Assembly (NCBI RefSeq): GCF_040938485.1
Contig: NW_027270951.1
Location: 2,294,001-2,358,000, forward strand
DNA: 64,000 nt
Direction of reading: 5' to 3'
Source: Diadema antillarum
Lineage: Eukaryota
In this document: positions 28,497 through 42,245 of the stretch, in pieces
Layout of the letters: each line of letters starts with the position of its first letter
Numbering within the stretch: position 1 is the first letter of the stretch
Notes under the pieces: generated by a model
Seen by the model: only the letters and a program-made list of their open reading frames with translations
Database searches by the model: none
Told to the model about the DNA's origin: nothing
Position numbers and translations under genes: made by a program

Positions 28497-28683
28497 CTGT
28501 ATATGAGGAAATTTTCACGCATTTCGCACAACCAGAAGCTAGCGCGAAAATAAAAGCATGCAAAAATCGTATATTCCAGTAATTAGTGTCCTGATTCCGC
28601 GGAAATAAAAACATGCGATATTCTTCTTACCTGGCCGAGCGAAAAAAAAAAAATTACTCACGGGAAAATATAAACTTTTATAG
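28497..28683. mobile_element. Degenerate copy of the CTGTA...TACAG MITE type
   Basis: ctgtatatgaggaaattttcacgc...cgggaaaatataaacttttatag|ta, with internal gcgaaaataaaa motifs similar to those in 22571-22732. Confidence 0.45.
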
Positions 28684-29375
28684 TATCTTCTCTATCCACC
28701 TATCTTTCTCCATCTATCTATCTCTATCTCTTTCTCTCTCTCTCTCTCTCTCTCCCTCTCTCTCTCTCTCTCCAAAATACATCTGACTCTGAGCAGATGA
28801 TTATGGGCAAGAAGAAAATTTCTGCAAAAAAATTGTGAATGTGAAAGTGAGTAAACAGACCAATACGCTCATGAAAACCTGTCCAAAAAAATGCAGGCGA
28901 AATCTCGGTATGTCATTTCAATGTCTGAACAGAAATGGGAGGCTGCCCAGGCAGTTTCCACTCACCAGAAAAACATCTTCTCTCCCACATCCCTTGAAAA
29001 GGGCTGCCACAGACTCAAGTTTGCTGCCACACACACCGGACAAAATAAATCCCCCAGCTAAATCATGAAACCTTCCAAATTGGGTCTGGGTGAGTGAGAC
29101 TACACCTCCTCAGGAATGATAACAGCAAGCCACTCATTCACAAAAAAAAAAGAAAAAGAAAAAGAGGGAAGGGAAAGGAAGAGAGAAAGAACGAGAAAAA
29201 AAAAATCCACAAGCACACAATAAGAGAGAAGCTCTAAAAATGCAAGAGGTCATTGAGGGTAGGGTCTTTTATAACAGGAGAGGAAGAAGAAAAGAAGAGA
29301 AAAGGGGGGAAAAAGTCAGGGACCCAATGCGGCACGTGCCATGGCCCCAGGCTACACACGGTACAGCCCAACTTT

Positions 29376-30308
29376 GAGCGTGTTTCTACTGAGAGCACCT
29401 CACATCCCTGGCATCGTCACGAATTTTGTCCAACGCAGCACCTCGTATTTTACGACTACTCGAGCTGTTTCTACTGAGCGATAAAATACGAGGTGATGCA
29501 AATGTGACGTGCAAATGCGGCGATTCCGGAAGTCAGGTATTTTTAAGTCACAGATTTGGGTCACGCGCGCACTGCCTGTTGATACGATCCGAACCCAGCC
29601 TGCTTTGCTACAACTGCGTCGGCTATTTTTTGATTAGCCATTTCTCTTCGTCTTCCCATCCAATATACCCCGAACTAACATACTGGTATCCTGCCACTGA
29701 CTGATGAGAAATCTTTGGAGATCGAGGGTCCAGTTGAGATTTTCTCAAGGCTGCGACATACTAATGTGGTACTCTCGCGATTTCGAGACAATATAGAATG
29801 AAATAACGCGGTGTAAAATCAAGTAAGTGATGAGGGCTTAGTAATGCAATGTTAGGCTGTTAATCACGCGAACAATAGGCGATGAATGCCACAATTCACA
29901 TGTAACGTAACGTATAGGGCCTATAACACATACACAAGCGAGTTGGTACCAACAAAGCATGATGCGAACACGGTCGCTGTGTGTACACACGTATTTTGTA
30001 CACATGTGTGCGATGAACCTATTCAAAAGCGCGGGGAGAAATTCTAGACGTCCGATACACCACGAATTCCGCTACCCGGTGTGTTTCTACTGAGAATCGT
30101 CCTTCGCGTCACCACGCATCGACCACCTCAATAGATGGACGACGGAGCACCTCGCATCAGCCGGTATCGGCCACTACCAGATCTGTTTCTACTGAGGAAA
30201 AATTCGAGGTGTCACCACGCATCGGCCGGTATCGGCCGGCATCGGCCGGTATCACCACACATCGGCTGGCATCACCTCGAATTTTCGTCGCTCAGTAGAA
30301 ACACGCTC
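29376..30308. mobile_element. 933-bp non-autonomous DNA transposon (PIF/Harbinger-like) with internal repeats of the TIR motif
   Basis: Perfect 18-bp TIR gagcgtgtttctactgag / ctcagtagaaacacgctc. The core tgtttctactgag recurs at 29381, 29466, 30082 and 30184. CpG-rich interior with repeated catcggccggtatc. No clean TSD. Confidence 0.75.
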
Positions 30309-31689
30309 TATGTTGTGGTAAGCACAAAACTGAGGGGGGGGGGGTGGTTGGAGGAGGTTTGGGTATTGGACAAAAACTGTACACTACTATTTCATTCATG
30401 GTGAATACAATTCTACCATAACTTCACACACACACACACACATACACGCACACAAACATAAATATTTCTCCACACAATGCAGCCAGCAATGGTGGCATCA
30501 TTGCACACAGCTAAGTGCCTTGGCTGGCGCATTGTCCCCCCAAAAAAGAAGAGATAATAATAAAATATTTTACAAAATCCTTGGCTTTTTACAAGTAAAT
30601 CATATGTTGTTAAATAACAAAAAAACCTAAAAGGCAAAAATATGGAACAATAACATGCAATAACTGTACAGTCCATTTCTCTTGTTTGGCTATCTGATAT
30701 CTTAAATAATTTTCATACATAAGTATTTCATCGTACACACCAAAATGATCTGATCACAGCGGTTTCATATGAAGGTAAGTACATGTATATATGGCATTAC
30801 GGTTTTGTATACAGTGTAAATACACACTATCATACTCCAAGTCTGACAATAACAGCATTCAAACAATTGCAAACTCGTATTGGGCGTGAAAATAATCTCT
30901 CTAACTGCACATCTTCCTCTTTTTTAACAACAAGAGTATCAGAGATGGATTAAAATCTTCTGTAATGCCAAACTTTATTTTAGTCTGAAGCTGTTACCAC
31001 AGTGACACTACATCAATGCCTTCTGCAAAACTTGTATCACCTACAATAGAACTGGAGAGCAGTGTGCAATCAGTTGTGTTTTTCTGAAGCGTCAACACCA
31101 CGCATTACCCTTCGTCTAGCCTCTAGAGAATCAACATCTCAGGATTCCAGCACTTCTAATGTCCGTCCATCTACTGTAAAACATGATATATTCGCGGTAG
31201 TCCTTAACAATGTTCTCCCCGAGAATCTGATATCTCTGAAAAAATTTGACTCTTAGTAACGCGTTTTAGCAGATTTATCAGTGGCAAATGGGGCTAACAC
31301 TGCCGGATTTTGTTCTCCCAAGACAGATAAGGGTAAACATAAATGTTTTAGCTCTCTCTCTGTTCTGCCCCCCCCCCCCTTCTCTGAAACTATCTACAAT
31401 ACCACTGACACCGTGTGGGTGTGGCACACATCATCTGGGATGGCACTTTTTCATACCAACCCCCTAATGCTTTCGAAACGGACAGTTTTGACAGTCCGCA
31501 TAAACACTACCCGTCATGTGACATCAACCTCACAGCATTCAGCGCCCCCAATCACTGTTCCAAGTGATCGTCATCTCTTCAGCCGTCTGAGACACATCAT
31601 TCCATCATGACTCACTAAAGAGCAACTCATCATCACCCCACCGCAACCTCCGACCCTTCGGCACTTCAGAGGGAGAGAGACAGACAGAT

Positions 31690-31729
<40 letters not shown>

Positions 31730-32220
31730 AAGCCATCTTCACACGGGTCGAGAATCGTAATTGTGATGCTGACTTACAAGTACGATTAGAATCACAATTA
31801 GAATTATCATTCATACATATGACCAAGGAAGGCTTCGCGGATTCTGGGATCTTGAATTTCAGAGTGAGGAGAGGAGGTGTGCCTTCATTCCCATTTCTCA
31901 TCAATCACTCTTGATTAGTACGGATCATGGTTTTCTGCGGAAGTGGTTGAAAGGTCACCAAAAGTTTGGTCTCCCAACACATGATTTTGAGGTCAATCCG
32001 TACACACAACTGTTCTGTTCCGTAATTCTGGAAAATCGTGATTGGAAAACACCTCCGGAGCATCATTTGAATCAAGATTGGAATTACGATTCAAATCACC
32101 CTCCGCAATTCCAGTTTGCATACACAGGGCCAAAATGTGTCCTTTGAATCAAGATTCTAGTGATGCATCATTAGATTTACGATTAAAATTAAGCAGTCTT
32201 GATACTTATGAAAACAGCCT
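31730..32220. mobile_element. Degenerate MITE with internal gaatca(c/a)(a/g)att repeats
   Basis: Diverged termini aagccatcttcaca / tatgaaaacagcct. Repeated gaatcgtaatt, gaatcacaatt, gaatcaagatt and gaattacgatt. Shares a 19-mer with 27890-27908. Confidence 0.5.
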
Positions 32221-34859
32221 CCGAAGAAGAGAGAGCCAATCCAGAGAAAATGTACAGAGATGTACAAATAAAGAATGATACAGGAAGGTAACAGGAGAAC
32301 AGAACTACGAGGAGGGCAGACTATTTACTGCAAGAGAGATGTTGCTTGGATACAAGACATAACAATACAATGAAGAGGCAAATATCCATGAAGAAAAAGA
32401 AGAGAAGTGTACTGGCAAAGCACACATTGAGAGGCACACAAGATCTAACAAGTTCATCACACTTGACTGAGGAACAAGCAAAATCACAATTTGCAAATAT
32501 TGACTGATAACAGATGCATGGAAAGGCAATAAAATATGGAGAGCAAGGGACTAAGATAGTGATAATGCCTACAGCCAATTCAAGGACAAAAAAAAAAAAA
32601 CAGGCTGTCTACGATCAGTTACAAATGCAAGAGAAACTTGACATTGGAATTCACCACTGATAAGGAAAACTGAAACATTTTCAAGGCAGTAAACGCTGAT
32701 AGAACAGACATGAACAGGATGCAGAGACTGCTTTTATAATGTATATATGTCAAGTTTCGATGGTCATCAGAGTTTCTTTGGGTATAGAATGGGAGAGGAA
32801 TGGAGAGCTAATTATCCATCAATCTTCACAATACGAAACAAAGGGTGGCAATAGGAGATAATAAATCAGCAATTACTATCAATCACATATTGTGAAGATA
32901 TCGTCACAAGGTATGAGAGACCTGGAAGTGGTCACAAGAAGCAAGCCCAAACACAGACTGCATAACAGTCAACGATAGCAATAACATCAAGATACTGGCA
33001 AGGAGAAGAGAAGAAACGACAGAAGTAGAGTAATAAAAACAGATCAAGAATCAGTATGAAAAAAAAAAAATAAGGAAATGCATTGATTTATATAATAAGG
33101 CTCTCTCATATGCACACATATACACACAATTGCTGAAATAAACATGCGAGAGGTAGAATATGATAGGTGATACCACCAACATATGTCGTAATACATGTCT
33201 ATATGAATATGTGACAGAAGAGGGAGAGATAAGAAAAGTGATATAGGGAGGGAGTCTGAGAAAGAGAAAAAAACATAGGGGGGGGGGGGTGGGGCTTCTG
33301 TCGGAGGATCTTGGAGGGTAGCAATCATCGCCTCTTAGTGCAACCAGCCATCAAATCATGTTAGCAGCATTCGTAGGTGGGCATCATATTACATACATGC
33401 GTCTCATGCATGGATGAGGGACCAGGGGTGCGTTTACATTCTGCCACCCCTCGTCGCGCGGAAGCTCTCGGCAGCCCGGAGCGAGTACACGGCAGAGGGT
33501 CAGTGAATATGACACATTTCCTCTCACAAACACACACACACATACACACACCCCATAATCCCAAGCATAACGACTTCTCCACTCACACTGCAACACCAAC
33601 ACCGACAACGCAAGATGTTAGGCGACGTTCTTAATTACGTGCGTCATGAGCTTGAGTCAGTCATAAACTTGAAATCACAAATACCTCCTCCTCTCTCTCA
33701 ATCACAGTTACTATAAACATCCTTTTCTTTCTAATACACTTCACAGATCATATCCTGAGTAAGAAACTTATATTTCCTAGGCAAAGAAATGAAATGAAAA
33801 TCAAAACATTGAGCATACATAGTACCCCCCACCTGCCCCTTTGAATGTTACTGAGCAGAACACATCTTAGAAAAAAAAATCGTATCATTTTTAGGTTGGT
33901 GAGAATACTTGTTTGTGTGGAAGCCCCCTATCACTTCTCCCTTCCATCTCCATGCATAGGGATTTGAGGACAAACAAGGTAACAATGGGTCGCGGTGCGT
34001 GCATGGCATATGCCCGGAGTCCTGTGAGATGCATACAATATCTCCTGTACCTTTTCTTCAACGACAAGAAAAATGAGGGTGAAAAAAAAAAGAAGAAGGA
34101 AAAGAGAAAGAGAGAAAACAGCTCTAACATCATCCCTCTAACTCACAAAAGTCACTCACACAGACACAAACACACAGACACTAGAGCACATACATAATGA
34201 GGGAAAGGAAGGCAGGCAAATGATGTGCATATTTCAAGGAAGTAAAAGGCAAATAGTCGCTTTGTCCTTCACAAATCATTACACTCCTTACTTTGTGATC
34301 CTCATTAACAAAAAAAACAACAACAAAGAACAGGTTACATGCTTCTAAAGCAATACACATTTTTAAGCTTAAATGACAATGACTTGGTAGTGTTGAAATA
34401 TACATGCATACAAATATTTTACACAAAGAAAGACAGAAAGAAACCTGCGAGGCTATGAATAAATGGAGAGTGACCAATTGAGCATCATGAAGTCGAAGGA
34501 ATTACTACGCCTTATCAAAGAGGAAATCACGGCGATCATCTTGTAGTCACAACATGCCCGTACCAGTGTTGCCTTTTTTCTGGGCTTGTCCATAGGACAG
34601 TAAAGTTTCATGGGTAGTAGTAATCCCGAGGCGAAACGAGCATCTATCCCTTTCTATCTTTTATTCAAGAATTTGGTGGACATCCTACAAATCTGCTATG
34701 GATGTAATGATACACATCACTTGTCAGCGAGTGTTCTGTTAGAGTATCCTCTCTCTCTCTCTCTGTGGTTGTGCAGGTGTGTACGACTTTGTATGACAAC
34801 GACAACAATAAAAAAAAAACCCTACATGGAACCATGATACAAGCCACACACAGAGAAAA

Positions 34860-35040
34860 TCATTTCTTGATGGATCTTGCAGCGAAACGCAAACCCCGCA
34901 TCCACACAGCAGCGGCCGCCTTTTCCGGCGCTTGTATTGATTTTCCTCTTATTGCAAAATACCCAGCGATGCAGTCGACATTGGATATGGCAGCGTGAGC
35001 ACCGTAGTTCACGAGGCGCTGTGACACCGACATTGTGCAG
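34860..35040. promoter_or_regulatory. CpG-enriched promoter/enhancer-like segment
   Basis: CpG-rich patch without TIRs. On the minus strand it reads GCGCCGGAAAAGGCGGCCGCTGC (34909-34931), with an ETS-like CCGGAA and a YY1-like core. Confidence 0.3.
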
Positions 35041-38000
35041 AGTGTTAGTCTGCAAACCACACACCAACATACTGGAAATGGGAAACCAACAATAGAATTT
35101 ACTTATATCAAATCAAAATACTGTTAACCAGGAAATCAATAGAATACATTTCGGAGTGTCTCTCTTTGCTACGCATATGACAAACCATGAAAGCAGATTG
35201 GCAAGCTTGCCGGCCATTTGCTGGTGTGCGAACCTGTGCCTCTCAGACCCGACCACAGCTGGAAGGGGTCTGCAAATGGAGACTACAGAAGGGTGTGCGG
35301 TTACGGTTATGCTGTGTGTCTAGGGAGGAATCTAATGTGAGACACCATCAACTAAGTGCATACCACTATGTAGGAGTGTGTGTGAGAGAGTGCTCATCTT
35401 GCCCCCCTGCATTATTCATGTCTGCCAGAAAAATCTCCTTCATTGCCCGTACGCAGATTCAGTCTAAATTATTAGAAAAACATCTCTTTCTTTAAATCTA
35501 TGCATTTAGTCATAGGAATACATTGGCAGCACTCAAGTATGCTGTAGATCTGTTAAATGAGCACAACAGTAACCTTCACTCAGTTATTCCTTTGATAATG
35601 GTATTCATGAAATAAGAAAGAAATTAACTATCATATACCCCATGCTGATAAAGAGGAAAGTATGGAGTGAAGACTAGCACTTCTAAGAGCATTAAAGAAA
35701 TGGAACTGATAACATAAGGTTCAAGCGCAGTTTACCAAAGAGAAGTTAATACAACTATGTACTGAATGAGTATTACTCTCAGGTATCGTTGTTACATTGA
35801 TGAATGAAACAAAAAGTGTCACATCTGCTCCAGCAGAATAAAGAATGATTTATTCTTATTCATTAAAAAAATATCAGACGAATTCTTTTATTTTCTTAAA
35901 ACGAGGTGGTTTTTTTTTTTCACTTTCAATAATAAGGTTCAATGGGTGATATCGAAAAGAGATAAGAGAAATAAAATTAGTATAATGTGCATATGAGAGA
36001 GAAAAAAGAAAAAAGAGGGGGAGTGAGTGAGTGACAGAGAATGTATTTTGCACAAATTTCACCCACTATTTCCACACACTTTCATCCTGCCAAGTAATAA
36101 TCCCTCATCCTACAAATAAACAAAGAGGGAGCTATCGAGGGCCACGAATGACACGCGTACTCCGTAATGGATGGCCTCCCATTCGAAATCTGATATTACC
36201 CAGAAATAATGCGGGAGATCCATTACCATCATCATCCCTTGCTTTGTGGGGGGGGGGGGGGTGGCACTCACAGCTGACTGGCCGGTCACTGCGGTTTGGT
36301 CACTCTGGCTCCAGAATTAAGAAGCCCGAGCTGTGGTCGCTGAAGTCACGGCACCAGTTTTTTTTAATAGAAATCTCAAGATTATTGGATGGTCACACTA
36401 TCATTTGTATATCACTGAGAGACCTACTGGGCCTCGCTTAGTATGGTGACAAGATAGAATCAAATGAAAGAAAGATATTACTTAGAGGAGTGAGTTTCTA
36501 CAATGTGGAAGGAGACAAATTGAAGAAACTCATACCTGAAGATAGAATCATGTGAATGCCCTAGAACAATTCTCTCAATGTTGAGCTGAGCTGACTTAAA
36601 CAAACTGAACGTTATTGCTTGTTATACAGAGCATGTTCATCTTCAGGCAAAGCATTGCTAACAACAACATCATGTTATGTTTTCCTCTTACTCTCTTCCT
36701 CCCTACTTCTCTCATTGTTCTTCTGAACATCCTGTTTAAGGTGTAAGCATCAGTTCAATATTATAGCACGATGCAAACATACAGCTATCATTAATTAATA
36801 TCTGATAAAAACTGCATAGGCCTATATCATACAACAACGAGGCCCGCTCCTGACTGCCCCAATCAACTTTCACTGCGACAGAGTTTCGTGATGTCATTTT
36901 GTTGAAGGTGTGGCGGTGTAGAATTCTGCAGGGTAGAGTTTGAATTACATCTCCCTAAAACATGGTTGATGAATATTTATGAAAAATAAGCAACTTCTCA
37001 GCGTCATTCCCCTCAAACTGTAGATCCATCCACCCCACCCTACTCTAACACTCCCATGGAAATCTCTGCAGTCGGTCATGCTGATCAGTCCTATCGGATA
37101 TATCCTCCACCCCCACCTGCTATCTTTGGTTGCATATGTGGGTCAGAAAATTGAGACGATAAATACAGTGACAAGGAGGGCTATTGATACAAATGCCCGC
37201 CGACTCTACTCATGGAAGAGCTAGCTACCAGCTACTCTGCAGAAAGGCCGCTTCCTTCTCCGATTCTTCATCAATAAATCAATCAAAGAGACACACACTG
37301 CACTCTCCCATAGTCTATGATGAGTCTCAGAGTGCCATAAAGGGGGGGGGGGCAGGGACTTCCACTGGCAGATTTATTTGAAATAATCTCCTTTGTTGTT
37401 AATGTTGATAGTTCAAATAAAATCCCTTAACTACAGAATATTCTTGGAGCACTACTACATTACTATTAAAATTTGGGGTTTTTTTTTACTTTTTTGAACA
37501 CTTGAAAACAACATCAGCCCACATGCTCACACTTGCCTACTTTTTTCAACAGTTCAAATATTTTCGGAGCACTTAAAACGCTGGCCAGCTGACAGTTTTT
37601 GAAATAACAACACAATACAATGAACTCAGAGTAACAACTCACCATGGTCAAAGTCAATGGAGGGTGAGACTTTTTTTTTGTCATAGAAATACATGCATGA
37701 CTACACCAGTCTGATAAAGAAGGAAAATAGTGCCATAAATTAAACTGGATCCTCTTGAGTACTTCACACCATCATCCAAATGCACATAATCTTAGCACTC
37801 CTAAATTACAGCAGACGAGTTTAATGAAAATTAGTGGAAAAATGAGCAAAGAAAATGGGATTCCATCGGGATTCAAATCCGAAATAAAGCAGGAGAGCAT
37901 CTGGGGTTCATTGAGCAAGTGCGCTGAATTCTTCATTCAAGACACCTCTACTGTTTCGTTGCTGACTCCAAGTACATGTAAAAAAGACACTGGGCTGACT

Positions 38001-39419
38001 GACAATTGTCCCACTGATAAAGATACGAAACATCAGAAGAAATCTAGAATGGCATTAACCCCTATACCATGAGATGCTGAAACCCTCATACATTTTGCAC
38101 GTGATCCACCAGGTTAATGAAGGCAATGACTTAACTCTCTCTCTCCCTCCATTGCACACACACAGTTCACTCCCACCTGCTTCACAAACTGGGGCTATCA
38201 ATGTGTGCCTACCTTAACCAAGGTGGGGTCAATGAGGAATGACTTGAAGGAGAGTCGTGCCTTATCTTTCCAATCAAACATGGATGGGACGCAATCATCA
38301 GAACCAGAATGTAACGCCGTTGTACTGCCTATGGAGTACGTCCTTAGCTATCACACAGTAGCCTGACACACCTTACTGCATGCGTCGTCTGGCGTGCAGT
38401 CGTTTGTAACTTCCTCGATGATGATGCACACACACACACACAGACACACACACTATTGCTGTCAATCACCCAAATTGCTTCCACTATCATGAGCAAACAG
38501 CCAGAATCACAGATATTCATTTCAATCTTTCATGATAATGTCATCGTTATGCCTGGCTAATCACAAGCTAATGTGATTGCCTGTGTTATTTGTCGAGTCA
38601 GAGTGCAATACCAAGTTGATAAAAAAAAAAAAACAATGACCATGAGCTGTGACTTCAGGAAAAATCTAGCTCCCAAAAAGCTAAACAAATACGACTAAAA
38701 AAAGAAATGGTATGATTGAGGCCAAGCTATGTCCCATGCACACATAACCCAACTGTACACATCAAACAAAGCTGGCCAATTGTTTAACGATGCACGCTTT
38801 GGTGGCCGTGCAGAGAAAAGCACAAACAGAACTATTTGAACAGGTTTGGGGGGGGGGGGGGGAGGAGACAAAAAAAATGAGGAAGAATTAGTGTCTCACG
38901 TAAAGCCTAGACGATTATCTACAGAATAAAACATGACACTGTAATAAATGGATACAAGCAACTGACAAAGGGAGGAAAAAAGGAATAGGTAGAAAAGAGA
39001 GAAAGAGAGAAGGCAGAAGCTGTTTCTATTCACACACTTTTGTTACCACAAAGTGTAGCAAATTGTGACTTATTTGCACCATTATTCTTCCTTTCTCACA
39101 AAAGGTGAAAAGCAATTCTTTACTCAATTCCCAAACTAGTTCATGCATTTTATGTTTACCGACCCTTTCTTGACTCTCTTTTCTCTGGTACAAAACTTTT
39201 TTTTTCCCATCCTTTTTTCCCCCCCATTTTAACAAATGGGTACACGAAAATAACGACCCTGTGAAATCTAATATGCTGTATGCAACATTCACTCTGCCGT
39301 GATGTACTTGATACGAGTGACATGTACTTAACATAACAAGAGCATGCAGAGTTGCATTTTGAGGGATGAAATATAAATATATATATTTTTTTTTCACACT
39401 GCTGTTATAGGGAATATCA

Positions 39420-39760
39420 TCGGGAGTAGGAGTGGAAAAGTATTGGGAGTGATAATAGAAGCATTACTGGTAGTACTAAAAGCAAAAGTAGTAGTAATAG
39501 CAGAAGTAGTGGTAGTAGTGGCAGTGCTAACACCAGTGGTGGTAGTAGTAACAGTCAANNNNNNNNNNNNNNNNNNNNNNNNNNNNNNNNNNNNNNNNNN
39601 NNNNNNNNNNNNNNNNNNNNNNNNNNNNNNNNNNNNNNNNNNNNNNNNNNNNNNNNNNNNNNNNNNNNNNNNNNNNNNNNNNNNNNNNNNNNNNNNNNNN
39701 NNNNNNNNNNNNNNNNNNNNNNNNNNNNNNNNNNNNNNNNNAAGTAGTACTAGTGGTAGT
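39420..39760. repeat. Degenerate (GTA/GCA)n trinucleotide repeat spanning an assembly gap
   Basis: gtagtagtaatagcagaagtagtggtagtagt on both sides of the N-run at 39559-39741. Confidence 0.7.
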
Positions 39761-41998
39761 ACAAACAATCTTGACGGCAAAGTGATGATAATGAAATCAG
39801 TTTTGAGTGACAGAAAAACACCTATAGCATCTCTTGTGAAACACCTTCCTTGGTAGGGGATACACGATACACAATAACAGGACGTGCGTAACAGTGCAAA
39901 GACAGGGACTATAATGATATGAGATGGAGGCAGTTGGCGATAATTCCTCGTGATATCTTCTCGCTTAATGCCCTAGAGCCAAGATGGAGCTTCATATGCA
40001 CGATTTCATCGATAGTTTCGGTCCTTTTGACTCCCCTTGATCCTCGCGTTAAGCTTTCTGCGGATGCGATGATGGCTCTTAGCTGGGGAAGGAAGTGGGA
40101 AGTGAGCATAGTCGCTGAGGAATTTGCGTCGGATTGCAAATTGTCATTCGTCTTTCTCGTGAAAGCTGTTATCATCCCCTCCATGCATACTAATCAAAAC
40201 AAATATTCCAGCCCAAGAATATACATGCGTATATATATCGCCGTCCTGAAACTACGCTGTTAGCTTGTGGCAGCATATCCGTTGATGCACAAGGCTCAGG
40301 GAATGCAAGCAGAATGTAACAACTGGGTGTGTAATGCTGAGAAGTCCTGAAATAATTTCAGATTCAAATAATTACAAATAATAACTTCTTGCAACATTGT
40401 AATCAAGCTGCTGAAGGCACCCAGAAGTCCACCAAATAATGAACAGTTAGGAATTCTTTAAGTGTTCATATGTATGTACATATGTACCTGTAAATCATAA
40501 ACATGTGTTGATATATTGAAAAGATTTGTATCACATCTACAGAGCTCTGTACTTTGGGTTTATTTCTTGAGAGTTTGTATATCCGCTTCCAAGCCAAAAT
40601 TAAACATTCCTAACACGAACCTAACAGAAAGCAAATAAAAATACCCCTCTCCTAACCAGCCGAAGACTGGATAACTTTGGAAAGATTTTAGGACTATGAG
40701 AGCCGATTGGATAAGATCCTGATAATACAAAAAATCAAAAAGATATACATATATTTGCCTCCATTGTCTGCATGGCTGATATATGAGCAGAGGTAAGGCA
40801 ATTGCAATTTAATAATCTATTCATGATTTATAAATTCATGGACATGAATATTCATGATTATTACATCTCACACATACATGTATGTATGAACACAGATGTC
40901 TAGACAAGATGAGCTGAGGACGGATGGATGCATTTCTGCAGTGCAGATAGTCTGAGCAGACAGCCATGAGACGATTAGAGAATAACGGAGAGTAAAGTGT
41001 GAAAAACCGTAGAAAGATGACCAAAAACAAAAGATACACCATGCTCAACAGGTATGTGGCATTATGCATATATATGTTGGCTAAATTCTATGAACGTGTA
41101 CATGTGAGTTGCATGTGCCATATGCCACATATACAACATGTGCGTTGCAGTCATCAATATGCTTGTCGTCTGCCTAAACTCTGTAACAAAGTTGCATTCA
41201 AAGGCAAGCCGACTGAAATTATTATTATTCAACCAAAAAAAAAAAAAAAAAAAATTGAGAGGGACTCCACTGATTTCTTGACTTATGTACGTGTAAGCCC
41301 TTCACCCGTTCTGTGTGCTGGAGCAATACCAGCACATGGCAGCTGTATGAAATATTATCTCACCTCCATACAGCCAAATGGGCCCATCAAAGTGGCTGCA
41401 AGTGACGAGTTATACTACCAGTCTCTTTCCTCCCACATCTCTCTATCACCACCGAACACAAACATTTACATGTACAAACACACATACACACATACACACA
41501 CGCCCCTCACTAATGCGCAGTATACATTTATGCTGGTAGCATTAGGATTTGTGGCACTGTGTGTTCCATACGGTAAGCATCAATTTGTACACAAATTGAT
41601 ATGAAGTCATTGGCATCAATGCATTTGTTCCTGTCCTATTGTTGCGTTATATGATGACGACTTATTCAAATGCACTCTATTCTGCTTGCCTACTGGCTTC
41701 TCATTCAAATAAATGGCTGCTGAAATGTTTGCTAAAGAGTAGCCAACACTCTCATTTCCTGATGATTTACCAAAGATAAGTTATTTTTTTGTAGAACCCA
41801 ATTTTAGCATCACCAAAACATTGTCAAAGTTGTTGTAAACCCCATGTGCTGATATTGACAGCATAATACATGTAGTAACCATTGCAATCAATCCTGGATC
41901 TCCCTATGAATGAAGCTGAGAAATCATAACTGATAGCAGCAACAGCAACAGCAACAACAACAGCTGCTGCTGCTAAAACTACTACTACTACTACTACT

Positions 41999-42245
41999 AC
42001 CATAAAAGTGGATATTTTCGCGTGAGTAATTTCTTCGTGCTCGGAAGCAAAAGATGAATTTCGCTTATTTCTAAATCTGCAGAATCAAGACATTAACAAT
42101 CATAACATTATGGCATTGTCATAACCGAATACATTATGACATAACATTATGACACAAATATTCATGTGCTTTTATTGTCGCGATAGCTTCTAGTTGCGCG
42201 AAATGTGTGAGAATATCCACATCGAGGAAATCTCCACTTTTACAG
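41999..42245. mobile_element. Related TA-flanked MITE abutting a (TAC)n microsatellite
   Basis: Left cataaaagtggatattttcgcg versus right ...gaggaaatctccacttttacag|ta. Confidence 0.55.

Noticed and set aside
32220-33040. A-rich, purine-biased stretch resembling a decayed LINE
   Set aside because: No RT or endonuclease motif recoverable in any frame by eye. Needs a RepeatMasker or tblastx search.
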